Assembly: GCA_965220085.1 (NCBI GenBank)
Contig: CBDCOZ010000003.1
Location: 256,001-320,000 of the forward strand
DNA from: Candidatus Oxydemutatoraceae bacterium
GTDB lineage: Bacteria > Pseudomonadota > Gammaproteobacteria > Poriferisulfidales > Oxydemutatoraceae
Length of the DNA stretch: 64,000 nt
Direction of reading: 5' to 3'
Of the stretch, positions 18,800-28,587 are shown in pieces. Each line of letters opens with the position of its first letter. Positions within the stretch are counted from its first letter, which is position 1. The notes under the pieces were generated by a model, which did not search any database, was not told the DNA's origin, and was given only the letters and a program-made list of their open reading frames with translations. Made by a program: the position numbers and the translations under genes.

Positions 18800-21700
18800 A
18801 TGGGTGACGAATACGACAAGGTAGAGTCGCTCGCACTTGAGCAACTCCAGTCTCTGGGGTGGTTGTATGTCGAAGGCGCGAGTTTGGCACCTGATGCGGG
18901 CGATGAGCGCAGTTCATTCAAGGATGTTGTTTTAGAGAAACGGCTGACCGCCAACATCAAACGCATCAATCCCTGGATTAGCGATGAGAATCTGAGCAAG
19001 GTAGTGTCCGGCTTGACCAGAACTCAATATCCCAACCTCATAGAAGCAAACAAAGCGATATGGACGCAACTCAACCAGTGCGTTTCCGTGATGCAGGATG
19101 TGGGGCAGGGTAATAGAGGGCAGACGGTGCACATTATTGATTTTGAAAACCCCGATAACAATGAGTTTCTGTGCGTCAACCAGTTCAAGGTATCGGGCAT
19201 CAATCAGAGTATCATCCCCGACATTGTTTGTTTTGTGAACGGGCTTCCGCTCGCAGTCATTGAGTGCAAGTCTCCTTATATCACTGATCCGATGGCGACA
19301 GGGATTGAGCAGCTTTTGCGTTATGCAAACCGGAGAGATGCATCGGATGGGGAAGGGGCAGAGAAGCTCTTTTACTATAACCTGATGATGGTCTCCACCC
19401 ATAGGGACAAGGCGCGGGTCGGGACGATTTCATCTCGCATGGAACATTTTCTTGAGTGGAAAGACCCCTACCCTCTTACTGTGGAGCAGGTGGGCAGTGT
19501 GGACGCCGGTCATCAGAGCGTTCTTTTGGCAGGATTGTTTTCCAAAACTAATTTCCTAGACATTCTGCAGAACTTTACGGTATTTGAACCGGTCGATGGT
19601 CGCATCATCAAGAAGATACCCCGTTATCAGCAGTTCCGCGCAGTGCACAAGGCCATTAGGCGTATCAAGTCGGGTAAGACGCGTAAAGACAAATCGGGAG
19701 TCATCTGGCACACGCAAGGGTCGGGCAAGTCGCTGACTATGGTTTTCTTGTCCATCAAGATGCGCAGAGATCCCGACCTGCGTGATTACAAACTTGTGTT
19801 CTTGACCGACCGTACCCAGTTGGACAATCAATTGACCGGCACTTTTTCCAATACCCAAGAGGAGACTGTTTATCATGCGGGTTCTGTGCAAGAACTCAAA
19901 GAGTTGCTTGCAAAAGATGCATCGGACATAGTGACGGCAATGGTGCAGAAGTTTCGGGAGAGTGCGGATGATTCTGAGTTTCCCGTCCTGAATGAATCCG
20001 AGAAAATCATTGTGCTGGCAGATGAGGCGCATCGCACCCAATACGGAACACTGGGGGCGGCAATCAATACCGCACTGCCCAATGCACCCCGTATTGCATT
20101 CACGGGAACACCTCTTATCAAGACGCAAAAGACGACAAATACCTTCGGCTCTTACATTGACACCTATACCATTGAGCAGGCGGTGAAGGACGGAGCGACA
20201 GTTCAAATTCTCTATGAGGGGCGTAAACCCGAAGTGAAAATAACCGGAGACAGTTTGGATAGTCTGTTTGATGAATATTTTGCCGACAAAAAGGAAGAGG
20301 AAAAAGCGAAAATCAAACAGACATTTGGCAGAGAGAAGGTGATTCTGGAAGCGCCGCAACGTATCCGCAGAGTGTGTATGGACATCGTCAGACACTATCG
20401 CGAACATATCCAACCCAACGGTTTCAAAGCGATGATTGTTACTTCATCCCGGCAGGCGGCGATTACCTATAAGGAGCAGTTGGATAAACAGGAAAATGCG
20501 CCACAATCTGCGGTCATCATTTCCGGTGACCACAATGACAACGAGCGATTTCGCAAATATACCGATAGCTCCAAGCACAAGCAGCAGATTAAGGATTTCA
20601 AGAAACCTTTCGGTGCGGGCGAAGGCCAGTCAGAACTCAGCTTTCTTATCGTTAAGGATATGTTACTGACGGGGTTTGACGCGCCGATTGCACAGGTTAT
20701 GTATTTGGACCAAAAACTTACCGACCATTCTCTTCTGCAGGCAATTGCGCGGGTTAACCGCACTAATGAGAACAAGTTCAGGGGATATATTGTTGATTAC
20801 TATGGCTTGTCTGACTATCTGAGTGAAGCATTGGAAATGTTCTCTACCGATGATGTTCGGGGTGCGCTGGTTGAACTCAAGGAAGAAATACCGAAGCTGA
20901 AGAATGCACACACTCGTGTTCTCAAGCGCTTTGATGGCATGGATTTGGATGACTTGGATGCATGCATCCTGTCCCTTGAGGACGAGGTTAAAAGACAGGC
21001 TTTCCAGACAGATTTTCGTAAATTCTCAAAACAGTTGGACATCATCCTGCCCGATGCCAAGGCAACACAGTTCCTGCAAGACCTGAAGCGACTCGGCAAG
21101 ATTTCTGTCGGTGCAAGAAACCGCTACAGGGACGAGCAATTGGATATTGCGGGTGTGGGTGAGAAGGTGCGGGAGTTGATAGATGAGCATGTTCGCTCAA
21201 CGGGTGTCAATCCGGAAATACCCCCTATTGACCTTTTAGCGAGCGATTATAAAGAGCAACTCGATCGGCACAAATCACCTCGTGCCAGAGCATCCGAGAT
21301 TGAGAATGCCATCAGACACCACATCAAAGTCAACATTGATGAAGACCCCGAATACTATAAAAAGCTCTCTCAGAGATTGGAAGATATTATTCGCAAGCAC
21401 GAAGAAAAGTGGGACGAACTGGTTCAATTGCTTTTGGATATGCGCGAAAACATTGAGAGTGACCGTCAAGGGCAGGCATCGGACTTGGGGCTTTCATCTA
21501 CCGAACTGTCTTTTTACCATATTCTTATCGCAGAACTGGGTGCGGCAGAGGCTGGCGGGAAGGCAGGAGGTCAGCGTAGGGTGCAGAATCAATCATCGGT
21601 GTATCACGGAGAAAGTACTGTTGATGCGGAAAAGGAACAACAGGCAAAGGAGGTTGTGCGCGAACTGGTTCAAATGCTGGAAGAGGCAACGCAGATTGTG

Positions 21701-21838
21701 GACTTCTTTGACAAGTGGGACGAGCAGAGGCGGGTCAAACGCGATATTAAACGACTGGTGACCGATAACTTTGATGAGTCTCTTGTGGAACCTGTGACTG
21801 AACGGTTTATGGAACTGGCAAAGGTGAAGTTCAAATGA
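18800..21838 (+). CDS. hsdR: Type I restriction endonuclease subunit R
   Basis: PDIVCFVNGLPLAVIECK nuclease motif, WHTQGSGKS, DEAH, FTGTP, LLTGFDAP, QAIARVNR. Confidence 0.95.
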   Translation: MGDEYDKVESLALEQLQSLGWLYVEGASLAPDAGDERSSFKDVVLEKRLTANIKRINPWISDENLSKVVSGLTRTQYPNLIEANKAIWTQLNQCVSVMQDVGQGNRGQTVHIIDFENPDNNEFLCVNQFKVSGINQSIIPDIVCFVNGLPLAVIECKSPYITDPMATGIEQLLRYANRRDASDGEGAEKLFYYNLMMVSTHRDKARVGTISSRMEHFLEWKDPYPLTVEQVGSVDAGHQSVLLAGLFSKTNFLDILQNFTVFEPVDGRIIKKIPRYQQFRAVHKAIRRIKSGKTRKDKSGVIWHTQGSGKSLTMVFLSIKMRRDPDLRDYKLVFLTDRTQLDNQLTGTFSNTQEETVYHAGSVQELKELLAKDASDIVTAMVQKFRESADDSEFPVLNESEKIIVLADEAHRTQYGTLGAAINTALPNAPRIAFTGTPLIKTQKTTNTFGSYIDTYTIEQAVKDGATVQILYEGRKPEVKITGDSLDSLFDEYFADKKEEEKAKIKQTFGREKVILEAPQRIRRVCMDIVRHYREHIQPNGFKAMIVTSSRQAAITYKEQLDKQENAPQSAVIISGDHNDNERFRKYTDSSKHKQQIKDFKKPFGAGEGQSELSFLIVKDMLLTGFDAPIAQVMYLDQKLTDHSLLQAIARVNRTNENKFRGYIVDYYGLSDYLSEALEMFSTDDVRGALVELKEEIPKLKNAHTRVLKRFDGMDLDDLDACILSLEDEVKRQAFQTDFRKFSKQLDIILPDAKATQFLQDLKRLGKISVGARNRYRDEQLDIAGVGEKVRELIDEHVRSTGVNPEIPPIDLLASDYKEQLDRHKSPRARASEIENAIRHHIKVNIDEDPEYYKKLSQRLEDIIRKHEEKWDELVQLLLDMRENIESDRQGQASDLGLSSTELSFYHILIAELGAAEAGGKAGGQRRVQNQSSVYHGESTVDAEKEQQAKEVVRELVQMLEEATQIVDFFDKWDEQRRVKRDIKRLVTDNFDESLVEPVTERFMELAKVKFK

Positions 21839-22521
21839 TGGAAGAATTCGGGTTTCAAGTTGAAGTAGTGAGGACAGAGCGTAAGAAGTCGGCATCGATT
21901 CAGCTTGACGGTGGTCTTGTCAGAGTCAGAGTTCCAAAGTCTCTATCTGAAAGCCGTGTCCGTAGCTTGATTGCCAAACGCATCCCATGGATCAGGACGA
22001 AACTTAAGGAGCAAGCTGAACGGCCAGTTCCAAAACCTAAAGAGTATATTAGCGGTGAGGCCTTTCCTTATCTTGGCAGGAACTATCGGTTGAAAGTCGT
22101 AACGGGGAACGAGCCATCAATCAGGCTTAAGAATGGTTACTTGGTTGTGACTGCTCCCGCAGGGGAAGCCCGACAAAAGACGATTAAATGTCTATTAGAA
22201 AAGTGGTATCGGTCTCATGCGGAAGTGCGCTTGCAAGAAAAAGTTGAGAGACTGTCAAAAGTAGTCGGTGTGTCACCCGCATCAGTATCGGTCAGGAGCT
22301 ATAAGTCCCGATGGGGGTCGTGTTCCGGCAAAGGTGATATCACCTATAACTGGAAAATTATTCTCGCACCTCATCGTATCGTGGACTATGTGGTGATACA
22401 TGAACTTTGCCACTTGTTGGAACACAATCACTCACCCAGATACTGGAAGCATGTTGAGAGGTATGTCCCCGACTGGAAAGAGTGCAGAGACTGGCTACGG
22501 ACAAACCCTATAAATCTCTGA
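21835..22521 (+). CDS. M48/YgjP (DUF45)-family metallo-hydrolase associated with type I R-M
   Basis: SRWGSCS, DYVVIHELCHLLEHNHSPRYW; overlaps the hsdR stop. Confidence 0.9.
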   Translation: MMEEFGFQVEVVRTERKKSASIQLDGGLVRVRVPKSLSESRVRSLIAKRIPWIRTKLKEQAERPVPKPKEYISGEAFPYLGRNYRLKVVTGNEPSIRLKNGYLVVTAPAGEARQKTIKCLLEKWYRSHAEVRLQEKVERLSKVVGVSPASVSVRSYKSRWGSCSGKGDITYNWKIILAPHRIVDYVVIHELCHLLEHNHSPRYWKHVERYVPDWKECRDWLRTNPINL

Positions 22522-22551
22522 GCAAGGCTCTGTTCACAGATGTGCGATGCT

Positions 22552-24258
22552 TCACAGATTTGATATTTGCCAAGTGGCTATGGCCTGCTTTGCCAACCAC
22601 CTTTGGTAGTTGTTCAGAGCTTCGGCATCCCACTCCGGGTACTCCGCTATCTTGTTATTAATGGCGTATGGGGAATCTGCAAGTACCGCTTTTTTTTCCG
22701 CAAAAGGCTCCTGCCCCATATTATTGACCCCGGCCAGTATGGCCATGTTGCCTAACCGGTCTATTGCATCATGGTAATTATCCCTGCCGAAGTTTTCCTG
22801 CCACGCATCATCGGGCCGATAGGGCAAGATATGCTCAAGGGTGATGTCGACAGGGGGCTCATCTCCCTGAGTCACATGTTTTTCTATGGATTTAAGCAGG
22901 TACAGTATTTTTTTAGGGCTACGCCCGCTGGGCATGCTCTTCTCAGCAAAGGCACGGGCAAATTCCTCATCGTTCGGATAAATAGGGCGCAGCCCTTCGG
23001 CCAAATCCCGCATGTTGTCAATGTCGCCGCGCATTATCTTGTTGGCCAAGCGGCTGTACACGTTCTCTTGCGCATTGGGCATTTTGCCGCATATAACATT
23101 GTAGCGAACGGATATAACCGATACCCATTCCGTCAACTTTATGAAGTCCTTTTCATCAAATTTAAAGTATGCCGCCATAAGAAGGACCGCAGGCGTTCGT
23201 ATGCCGAATGTCTTCAACACTTGCAAAGGCTGTTGGGGAGAAGGATGTTGTCCATCGCTATAGTCCTTCCAAAAGGAATCCTCCGGATTTTGCAGCGCCG
23301 CATACAGGGGCGCATATTTTTTGATGTCTTTCATATAGGGCATCACATCCTGTGTTTGGTTATCGGCAATCTGAGCTTTCAAGGCACGATACATATCTTT
23401 TTTTGGTGGCAACTTTTGTCTCATGCCATGATGGCAACGTAAAAACGCAGTGAAATTAGTTACGCCGAGTTGCTCTATGATGTTGCTCCACTGATTTTCA
23501 AAATCACTTAAATGGTCCTCGTTAACTGCGCCACCCCTATCCATCACCGAAAGCAAGTAATTTTTAAGCAGGTCCGGAGCAGACAGATGTATGCCGCGCG
23601 CATTCAGTGTTTCAAAAACCACATATGCATTTATATCGTCCTGTGTGGTGATGCTTGAAAACAACAGGTTGTCAGCTACGGAGTTTATGAATTCCGCCAG
23701 CTTCTCGCCATCAAAACCCTCGAATTTATTTTGGAAAAACTCCAAAGCTTTATTCAGACGGCGATTGGTGGCAGTCAGGTTTCTGAGATGGGGAACCTGA
23801 TAGTCATTGTTGATAATGCTCTCGAAATGACTTTTGTTATGGCGGTTGAGTACCAGCTTGGGCCGGGTCTGCAAACTCACTGCATCAAATACGCCAAGAT
23901 AAATATCTCTATAGTTTTCATATCTTCGTTTATTGGCATCCGCATCACATGATTCGTCTATTAATTGTTTGAAGCGTGTGAGCGCAGCCATAATTAATAT
24001 GGTTGTGGTAGTGATGCGCTGTTGCCCGTCAATAATCTCGTAATGCTTGCTGTCTGTGCTCTGAAGCACTAAGTAGCCCATAAAATGCTGTTGTTTGTGC
24101 TCCCGCATTTTTTCTATGTCCTGCCAGAGCTCATCCCATTGGTCGGCCTCCCAAGCGTAGTCCTGCTGGAATTTGGGCACTGAGTAGCTTTTGCCATTGC
24201 TCATAATTTCGGCAAAGCTCTCGTTTTTAGGTTCTAAAGAGATTTTTTGATAGCTCAT
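22552..24258 (-). CDS. GmrSD-like (DUF262-DUF1524) modification-dependent restriction protein
   Basis: VPKFQQDYAW, IIDGQQR, FETLNARG; C-terminal LEHILP...LGNMAIL HNH-like domain. Confidence 0.9.
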   Translation of the reverse strand: MSYQKISLEPKNESFAEIMSNGKSYSVPKFQQDYAWEADQWDELWQDIEKMREHKQQHFMGYLVLQSTDSKHYEIIDGQQRITTTTILIMAALTRFKQLIDESCDADANKRRYENYRDIYLGVFDAVSLQTRPKLVLNRHNKSHFESIINNDYQVPHLRNLTATNRRLNKALEFFQNKFEGFDGEKLAEFINSVADNLLFSSITTQDDINAYVVFETLNARGIHLSAPDLLKNYLLSVMDRGGAVNEDHLSDFENQWSNIIEQLGVTNFTAFLRCHHGMRQKLPPKKDMYRALKAQIADNQTQDVMPYMKDIKKYAPLYAALQNPEDSFWKDYSDGQHPSPQQPLQVLKTFGIRTPAVLLMAAYFKFDEKDFIKLTEWVSVISVRYNVICGKMPNAQENVYSRLANKIMRGDIDNMRDLAEGLRPIYPNDEEFARAFAEKSMPSGRSPKKILYLLKSIEKHVTQGDEPPVDITLEHILPYRPDDAWQENFGRDNYHDAIDRLGNMAILAGVNNMGQEPFAEKKAVLADSPYAINNKIAEYPEWDAEALNNYQRWLAKQAIATWQISNL

Positions 24259-24366
24259 GCGTTTGCCTCCTGCAGAATATTTTACTCTGGCAGTAGGTTT
24301 TGCAAGATTGTATGGTGAATTAGCGCCTCATACTCCGAGCTATGCGGTAACCCGCCCCCTGCCACG

Positions 24367-26193
24367 CTATTCGACGGTGACGGACTTGGCGAGATTGCGC
24401 GGCTTGTCTATGTCGGTGCCTTTGAGCAGTGCGGTGTGGTATGCGAGCAGTTGCAGCGGGATGGTGAAGATAATCGGGGCGACGGTGTTCTCTTGTGCGT
24501 CCACTTGAATGATATTCACATTGTCGGATGATCTGAGGTTGGTTTTGGTCTCGGCAAACACATATAACTTGCCGCCCCGCGCTTGTACTTCCTGCAGGTT
24601 GGATTTGAGCTTTTCCAGCAGGTGGTCGTTGGGTGCGACGACGACAACGGGCATATCGCGATCGACCAGTGCGAGGGGGCCGTGCTTGAGTTCGCCGGCG
24701 GCGTAGGCTTCGGCGTGTATATATGAGATTTCTTTCATCTTGAGCGCGCCTTCCATCGCAATCGGATAGTGCTGCCCGCGCCCGAGAAACAGCGCGTGGT
24801 GTTTGTCGGCGTATTCTTGCGCCAGTGTTTTTATCTCGCTTTCAAGTGACAGGGCTTGCTCCAGCCGGGTCGGCAAGTTGCGCAGTTGCGCGACGAGGCT
24901 CTCAAGCATTTCATCCGACATGCCGTTGTGGCGCCCGATGAGGATGACCAGCAGGAGCAGGCTGACCAACTGCGTGGTGAAGGCTTTGGTTGATGCGACG
25001 CCTATCTCGGGGCCGGCATGCGTCATCAGTGCGTGGTCGGTGTCTCTGACCAGAGAGCTCTCCGCCACATTGCAAATCGCAAGTGTCGCAAGGTAGCCTT
25101 GTTGCGCCGCAAGGTGGGTTGCCGCCAGAGTATCTGCTGTTTCGCCGGATTGGGATATTGCTACGAACAAGGTGTCGGGGTTTATCACCTGCTTGCGGTA
25201 GCGGTATTCGCTGGCAATCTCAACCGTGCAATGGATGTTTGCCAACTCTTCAAACCAGTAGCGGGCGACCATGCCGGCATGCGAACTGGTGCCGCAGGCG
25301 ACGATTTCAACCGCCCGCACTTTGTCCAGCACGTCGCTGAAGTCGGCGCTGATGATTTCTTCCGGCACCATGTCATCTAAAAAGCGTCCTTCAAGGGTGT
25401 CGGCGACCGCGCGCGGCTGTTCGTGTATCTCCTTTTGCATGAAGTGGTCAAAGCCGCCCATCTCTACCGCTTGCTGCGAGGCGGGCACTTCGCATCGCTC
25501 GCGCTCAATGACATTCAGGTCGCTGTCAAATACCGTGACGTCCGAGCGGCTGATGCGGGCGATGTCGTTGTTTTGCAGATAGATGAATTCACGCGTGATT
25601 GAGAGCATGGCTTGAATGTCCGATGCGGCGTAGTTGCCGTCATCGCCGATGCCGATAATCAGCGGGCTGCCTTTGCGCGCGAGCACGATGGATTCGGGGT
25701 GCTCGGCATCAAGCACGCTGAGTGCGTAAGCGCCTTCAAGTTCGCTCAGGGTGTCTCTGACGGCTGTCAGCAAGTCGCCGCCCTTATTGAGGCGGAGCAT
25801 GATTTGGTGCGCTATCACCTCGGTGTCGGTCTCGGACTCAAAACTGAACCCGGCGGCAAGTTGTTGTTGCTTTAGCATCTCGTAGTTTTCTATGATGCCG
25901 TTGTGGACGACGACTACGCGGTCGTTGGATATGTGGGGGTGTGCGTTGGCTTCGTCCGGTGCGCCGTGGGTGGCCCATCGGGTGTGTGCGATGCCGATAT
26001 TGCCGGAGCGCGGTTCGGCTTTGAGCGCGGCGGATAAATCTGCGACCCGTCCTATTCGGCGCACCCGCTGGATGCCGCCGTTAATCAGTGCGATGCCGGC
26101 AGAGTCGTAGCCGCGGTACTCCAACTGGTTGAGGCCGTTCAACAGCATGTCGCAAATGTTTTTATCGGAAACCGCTACAACAATTCCGCACAT
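24367..26193 (-). CDS. glmS: Glutamine-fructose-6-phosphate aminotransferase
   Basis: MCGIV start, HTRWATHG, C-terminal PRNLAKSVTVE. Confidence 0.98.
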   Translation of the reverse strand: MCGIVVAVSDKNICDMLLNGLNQLEYRGYDSAGIALINGGIQRVRRIGRVADLSAALKAEPRSGNIGIAHTRWATHGAPDEANAHPHISNDRVVVVHNGIIENYEMLKQQQLAAGFSFESETDTEVIAHQIMLRLNKGGDLLTAVRDTLSELEGAYALSVLDAEHPESIVLARKGSPLIIGIGDDGNYAASDIQAMLSITREFIYLQNNDIARISRSDVTVFDSDLNVIERERCEVPASQQAVEMGGFDHFMQKEIHEQPRAVADTLEGRFLDDMVPEEIISADFSDVLDKVRAVEIVACGTSSHAGMVARYWFEELANIHCTVEIASEYRYRKQVINPDTLFVAISQSGETADTLAATHLAAQQGYLATLAICNVAESSLVRDTDHALMTHAGPEIGVASTKAFTTQLVSLLLLVILIGRHNGMSDEMLESLVAQLRNLPTRLEQALSLESEIKTLAQEYADKHHALFLGRGQHYPIAMEGALKMKEISYIHAEAYAAGELKHGPLALVDRDMPVVVVAPNDHLLEKLKSNLQEVQARGGKLYVFAETKTNLRSSDNVNIIQVDAQENTVAPIIFTIPLQLLAYHTALLKGTDIDKPRNLAKSVTVE

Positions 26194-26196
26194 GGC

Positions 26197-27558
26197 TCAG
26201 TCCTTTTTGGGTCGCTTCCAGCCCTTGACAGTCTTCTGCTCGCTGCGAGACAAAGTCAGTTTGCCGGCTTCGGCGTCGCGGACGATGGTCGAACCGGCGC
26301 CGATGGTGGCGCCTGTGCCGATCGTGACCGGGGCGATGATTTGGGTGTCGGAGCCGATAAACACATCGTCGCCGATGACGGTGTTGTGTTTGTTGGTTCC
26401 GTCGTAATTGCACGTAATTGTGCCGGCTCCGATATTGACGTTTTTGCCGACCTCGCTGTCGCCTATGTAACTCAGGTGATTGATCTTGCTGCCTTCTTTA
26501 ATCCGGCTTTTCTTGGTTTCTACGAAGTTGCCGATATGCACATTGTCATCTATTGATGTGGCGGGTCGGATTCTGGCGTGTGGGCCGATGCGACAGTTGC
26601 GACCGATGCGGGCGTCCTCAAGATGCGAGAACGGTTTGATGACCGAGTCGTCTGCGATAGTGACATCTTTCATGACTACATAGGGTCCGATTTGAACATT
26701 GTTTCCTATCGCGACCCTTCCTTCAAGCACAACACCGACGTCAAACAGGACGCCATCGCCTACGCTCACTTCGCCGCGAATGTCTATGCGCGCGGCATCT
26801 TTGAGAAAAGCCTTTTGCCCCAGTTCTTTTGCGCGCCGCCTTTGCATCAACCGTTCGGCTTCTTCAATTTCCGGAGGCTTGTTCACTCCCCGTGCCTCGG
26901 TAATGTCATCTACTTGCACCGCAGCAGTGGCAATGCCTTTCTTTACGGCCAGTCCCAAGCAATCGGTCAAATAGTACTCGCCTTGCTGGTTATCGGTATT
27001 GATTGCGTCAATGAGCTCACGCAACAAGCCGGCTTTTGCCGCCATCACGCCGACATTCACTTCGTCCAGCAAACATTGTTCCGGGGTGGCGTCCGCTTGT
27101 TCAATGATGCCTGTCAGTTGTCCGTTATCATCGCGCAAGATGCGTCCGTATCCTGTCGGGTCGGGAAGTTGCGTAGTGAGCAAAACGAGTTGCGCCTCTT
27201 GCAGACCTGCCAGCAGTTTTTGATATGTTGCCGCGCGCAATAGCGGCATATCCCCGTACGTGATTAACACTGTCTCATCATCACTGAGTTCAGGCAGGGC
27301 ACACGCTACCGCGTGAGCGGTGCCTTGCTGCTTGTCCTGTTCGTGCCAGCGGAGTGATGTATCGGGGAATGCCGCCTTGACTTGTTCGCCTTTGTAGCCG
27401 ATGACGATGTGGATTGAACCTGCGTCTATGTTCTGAATTTCTGCGATGACATGCTTGAGCATGGGCTCGCCCGCAAGGTCAAAGAGCACCTTCGGCACAT
27501 CGCCCGGCATTCTCGTGCCTTGGCCCGCGGCAAGGATGATGACCGACGCTTGTTGCAT
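26197..27558 (-). CDS. glmU: Bifunctional UDP-GlcNAc pyrophosphorylase/acetyltransferase
   Basis: LAAGQGTRM, hexapeptide repeats, HLSYIGD, NYDG; adjacent to glmS. Confidence 0.97.
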   Translation of the reverse strand: MQQASVIILAAGQGTRMPGDVPKVLFDLAGEPMLKHVIAEIQNIDAGSIHIVIGYKGEQVKAAFPDTSLRWHEQDKQQGTAHAVACALPELSDDETVLITYGDMPLLRAATYQKLLAGLQEAQLVLLTTQLPDPTGYGRILRDDNGQLTGIIEQADATPEQCLLDEVNVGVMAAKAGLLRELIDAINTDNQQGEYYLTDCLGLAVKKGIATAAVQVDDITEARGVNKPPEIEEAERLMQRRRAKELGQKAFLKDAARIDIRGEVSVGDGVLFDVGVVLEGRVAIGNNVQIGPYVVMKDVTIADDSVIKPFSHLEDARIGRNCRIGPHARIRPATSIDDNVHIGNFVETKKSRIKEGSKINHLSYIGDSEVGKNVNIGAGTITCNYDGTNKHNTVIGDDVFIGSDTQIIAPVTIGTGATIGAGSTIVRDAEAGKLTLSRSEQKTVKGWKRPKKD

Positions 27559-27700
27559 AAGAAAGTCCGAAGTTTTGCGCAGTTAGTGAAAAGGGTTTTC
27601 TTGTTTCGGATTATACCGCAAGGCGGTTTATCTGTGTTTTTTGACCTTTCGTAATATTCGTTGTCGCGCCTTTGCTTGCCGAGGGCACACTGTTGTCGCT

Positions 27701-28384
27701 ATGGGAAAGCATATGACAATTAATGAGTGGCCGGAATACGAGAGACCGCGAGAGAAACTGCTCGCTCGCGGTTCGGCGGCGTTATCCGATGCGGAATTGC
27801 TCGCCGTTATCATCGGTTCCGGCACGCGCGGCAATAGCGCGCTGGATATCGCGCGCACGCTGTTAAAAGACATCGGCGGCTTGAGAGAGATTCTGCATGC
27901 TTCCGAATCCGAGTTGTGCCGGTATAACGGTTTGGGCAAGGTGCATTACTCGCGCTTGCAGGCGGCGGTCGAAATATCGCGGCGCGCGCTGATGGAAACG
28001 GTCAAGCGCGGCGATATGTTTTCAAACGCCGACAGCGCGCGCAGGTTTCTGTCTCTGAAGATGCGCAACTATAAGAGCGAAGTGTTTGCGTGCATATTTT
28101 TGGACAAGCATCGTCGCGTGATAGAGTTTGAAGAACTGTTCAAGGGGACCGTCGATACCGCCAGTGTCCATCCGCGCGAGGTGATTAAGCGCGTTTTTCA
28201 TCACAACGCCGCTTCGGTAATCTTTGTGCATAACCACCCGTCGGGTTTGTCCGAACCGAGTTCCGCAGACCGGTACATTACCAAAGAGTTAAAACAGACT
28301 TTGAAGTCAATCGATGTGCAGGTGCTGGATCACCTGATTGTCGGCGAAACGATTACCTCGTTTGCCGAGCGCGAATTGCTTTGA
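27701..28384 (+). CDS. radC: RadC/JAB-domain protein
   Basis: ERPREKL, LSDAELLA, VHPREV, HNHPSG, LDHLIV. Confidence 0.95.
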   Translation: MGKHMTINEWPEYERPREKLLARGSAALSDAELLAVIIGSGTRGNSALDIARTLLKDIGGLREILHASESELCRYNGLGKVHYSRLQAAVEISRRALMETVKRGDMFSNADSARRFLSLKMRNYKSEVFACIFLDKHRRVIEFEELFKGTVDTASVHPREVIKRVFHHNAASVIFVHNHPSGLSEPSSADRYITKELKQTLKSIDVQVLDHLIVGETITSFAERELL

Positions 28385-28444
28385 ATGCCGCCCGCCAGAG
28401 CCATGCTCCGCTACTCTTACAAGGAGGACGCGATGCTAGCGCTA

Positions 28445-28545
28445 GCACTCTCCTCTCGTGGGAGAGTCGGTAAGCCAAGGGCGAAGCCCGCAGGCGCAGA
28501 GGAGAGGGTGAGCGATAGTGACGGTGTGCAAGAAGCCCCCTCACG
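28445..28545. repeat. REP-like palindromic element between convergent radC and bioF
   Basis: ctctcctct...agaggagag inverted repeat, ctctcgtgggagag and gggtgag/cccctcac segments. Confidence 0.4.
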
Positions 28546-28587
28546 CATCGTCCTTCGCCTGACGGTTCGGACTTTGCGCTTGCGAGT

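Noticed and set aside
24259-24366. Tn7 end downstream of glmS
   Set aside because: No TGT-initiated end at the expected distance, no TnsB-site repeats or tns genes
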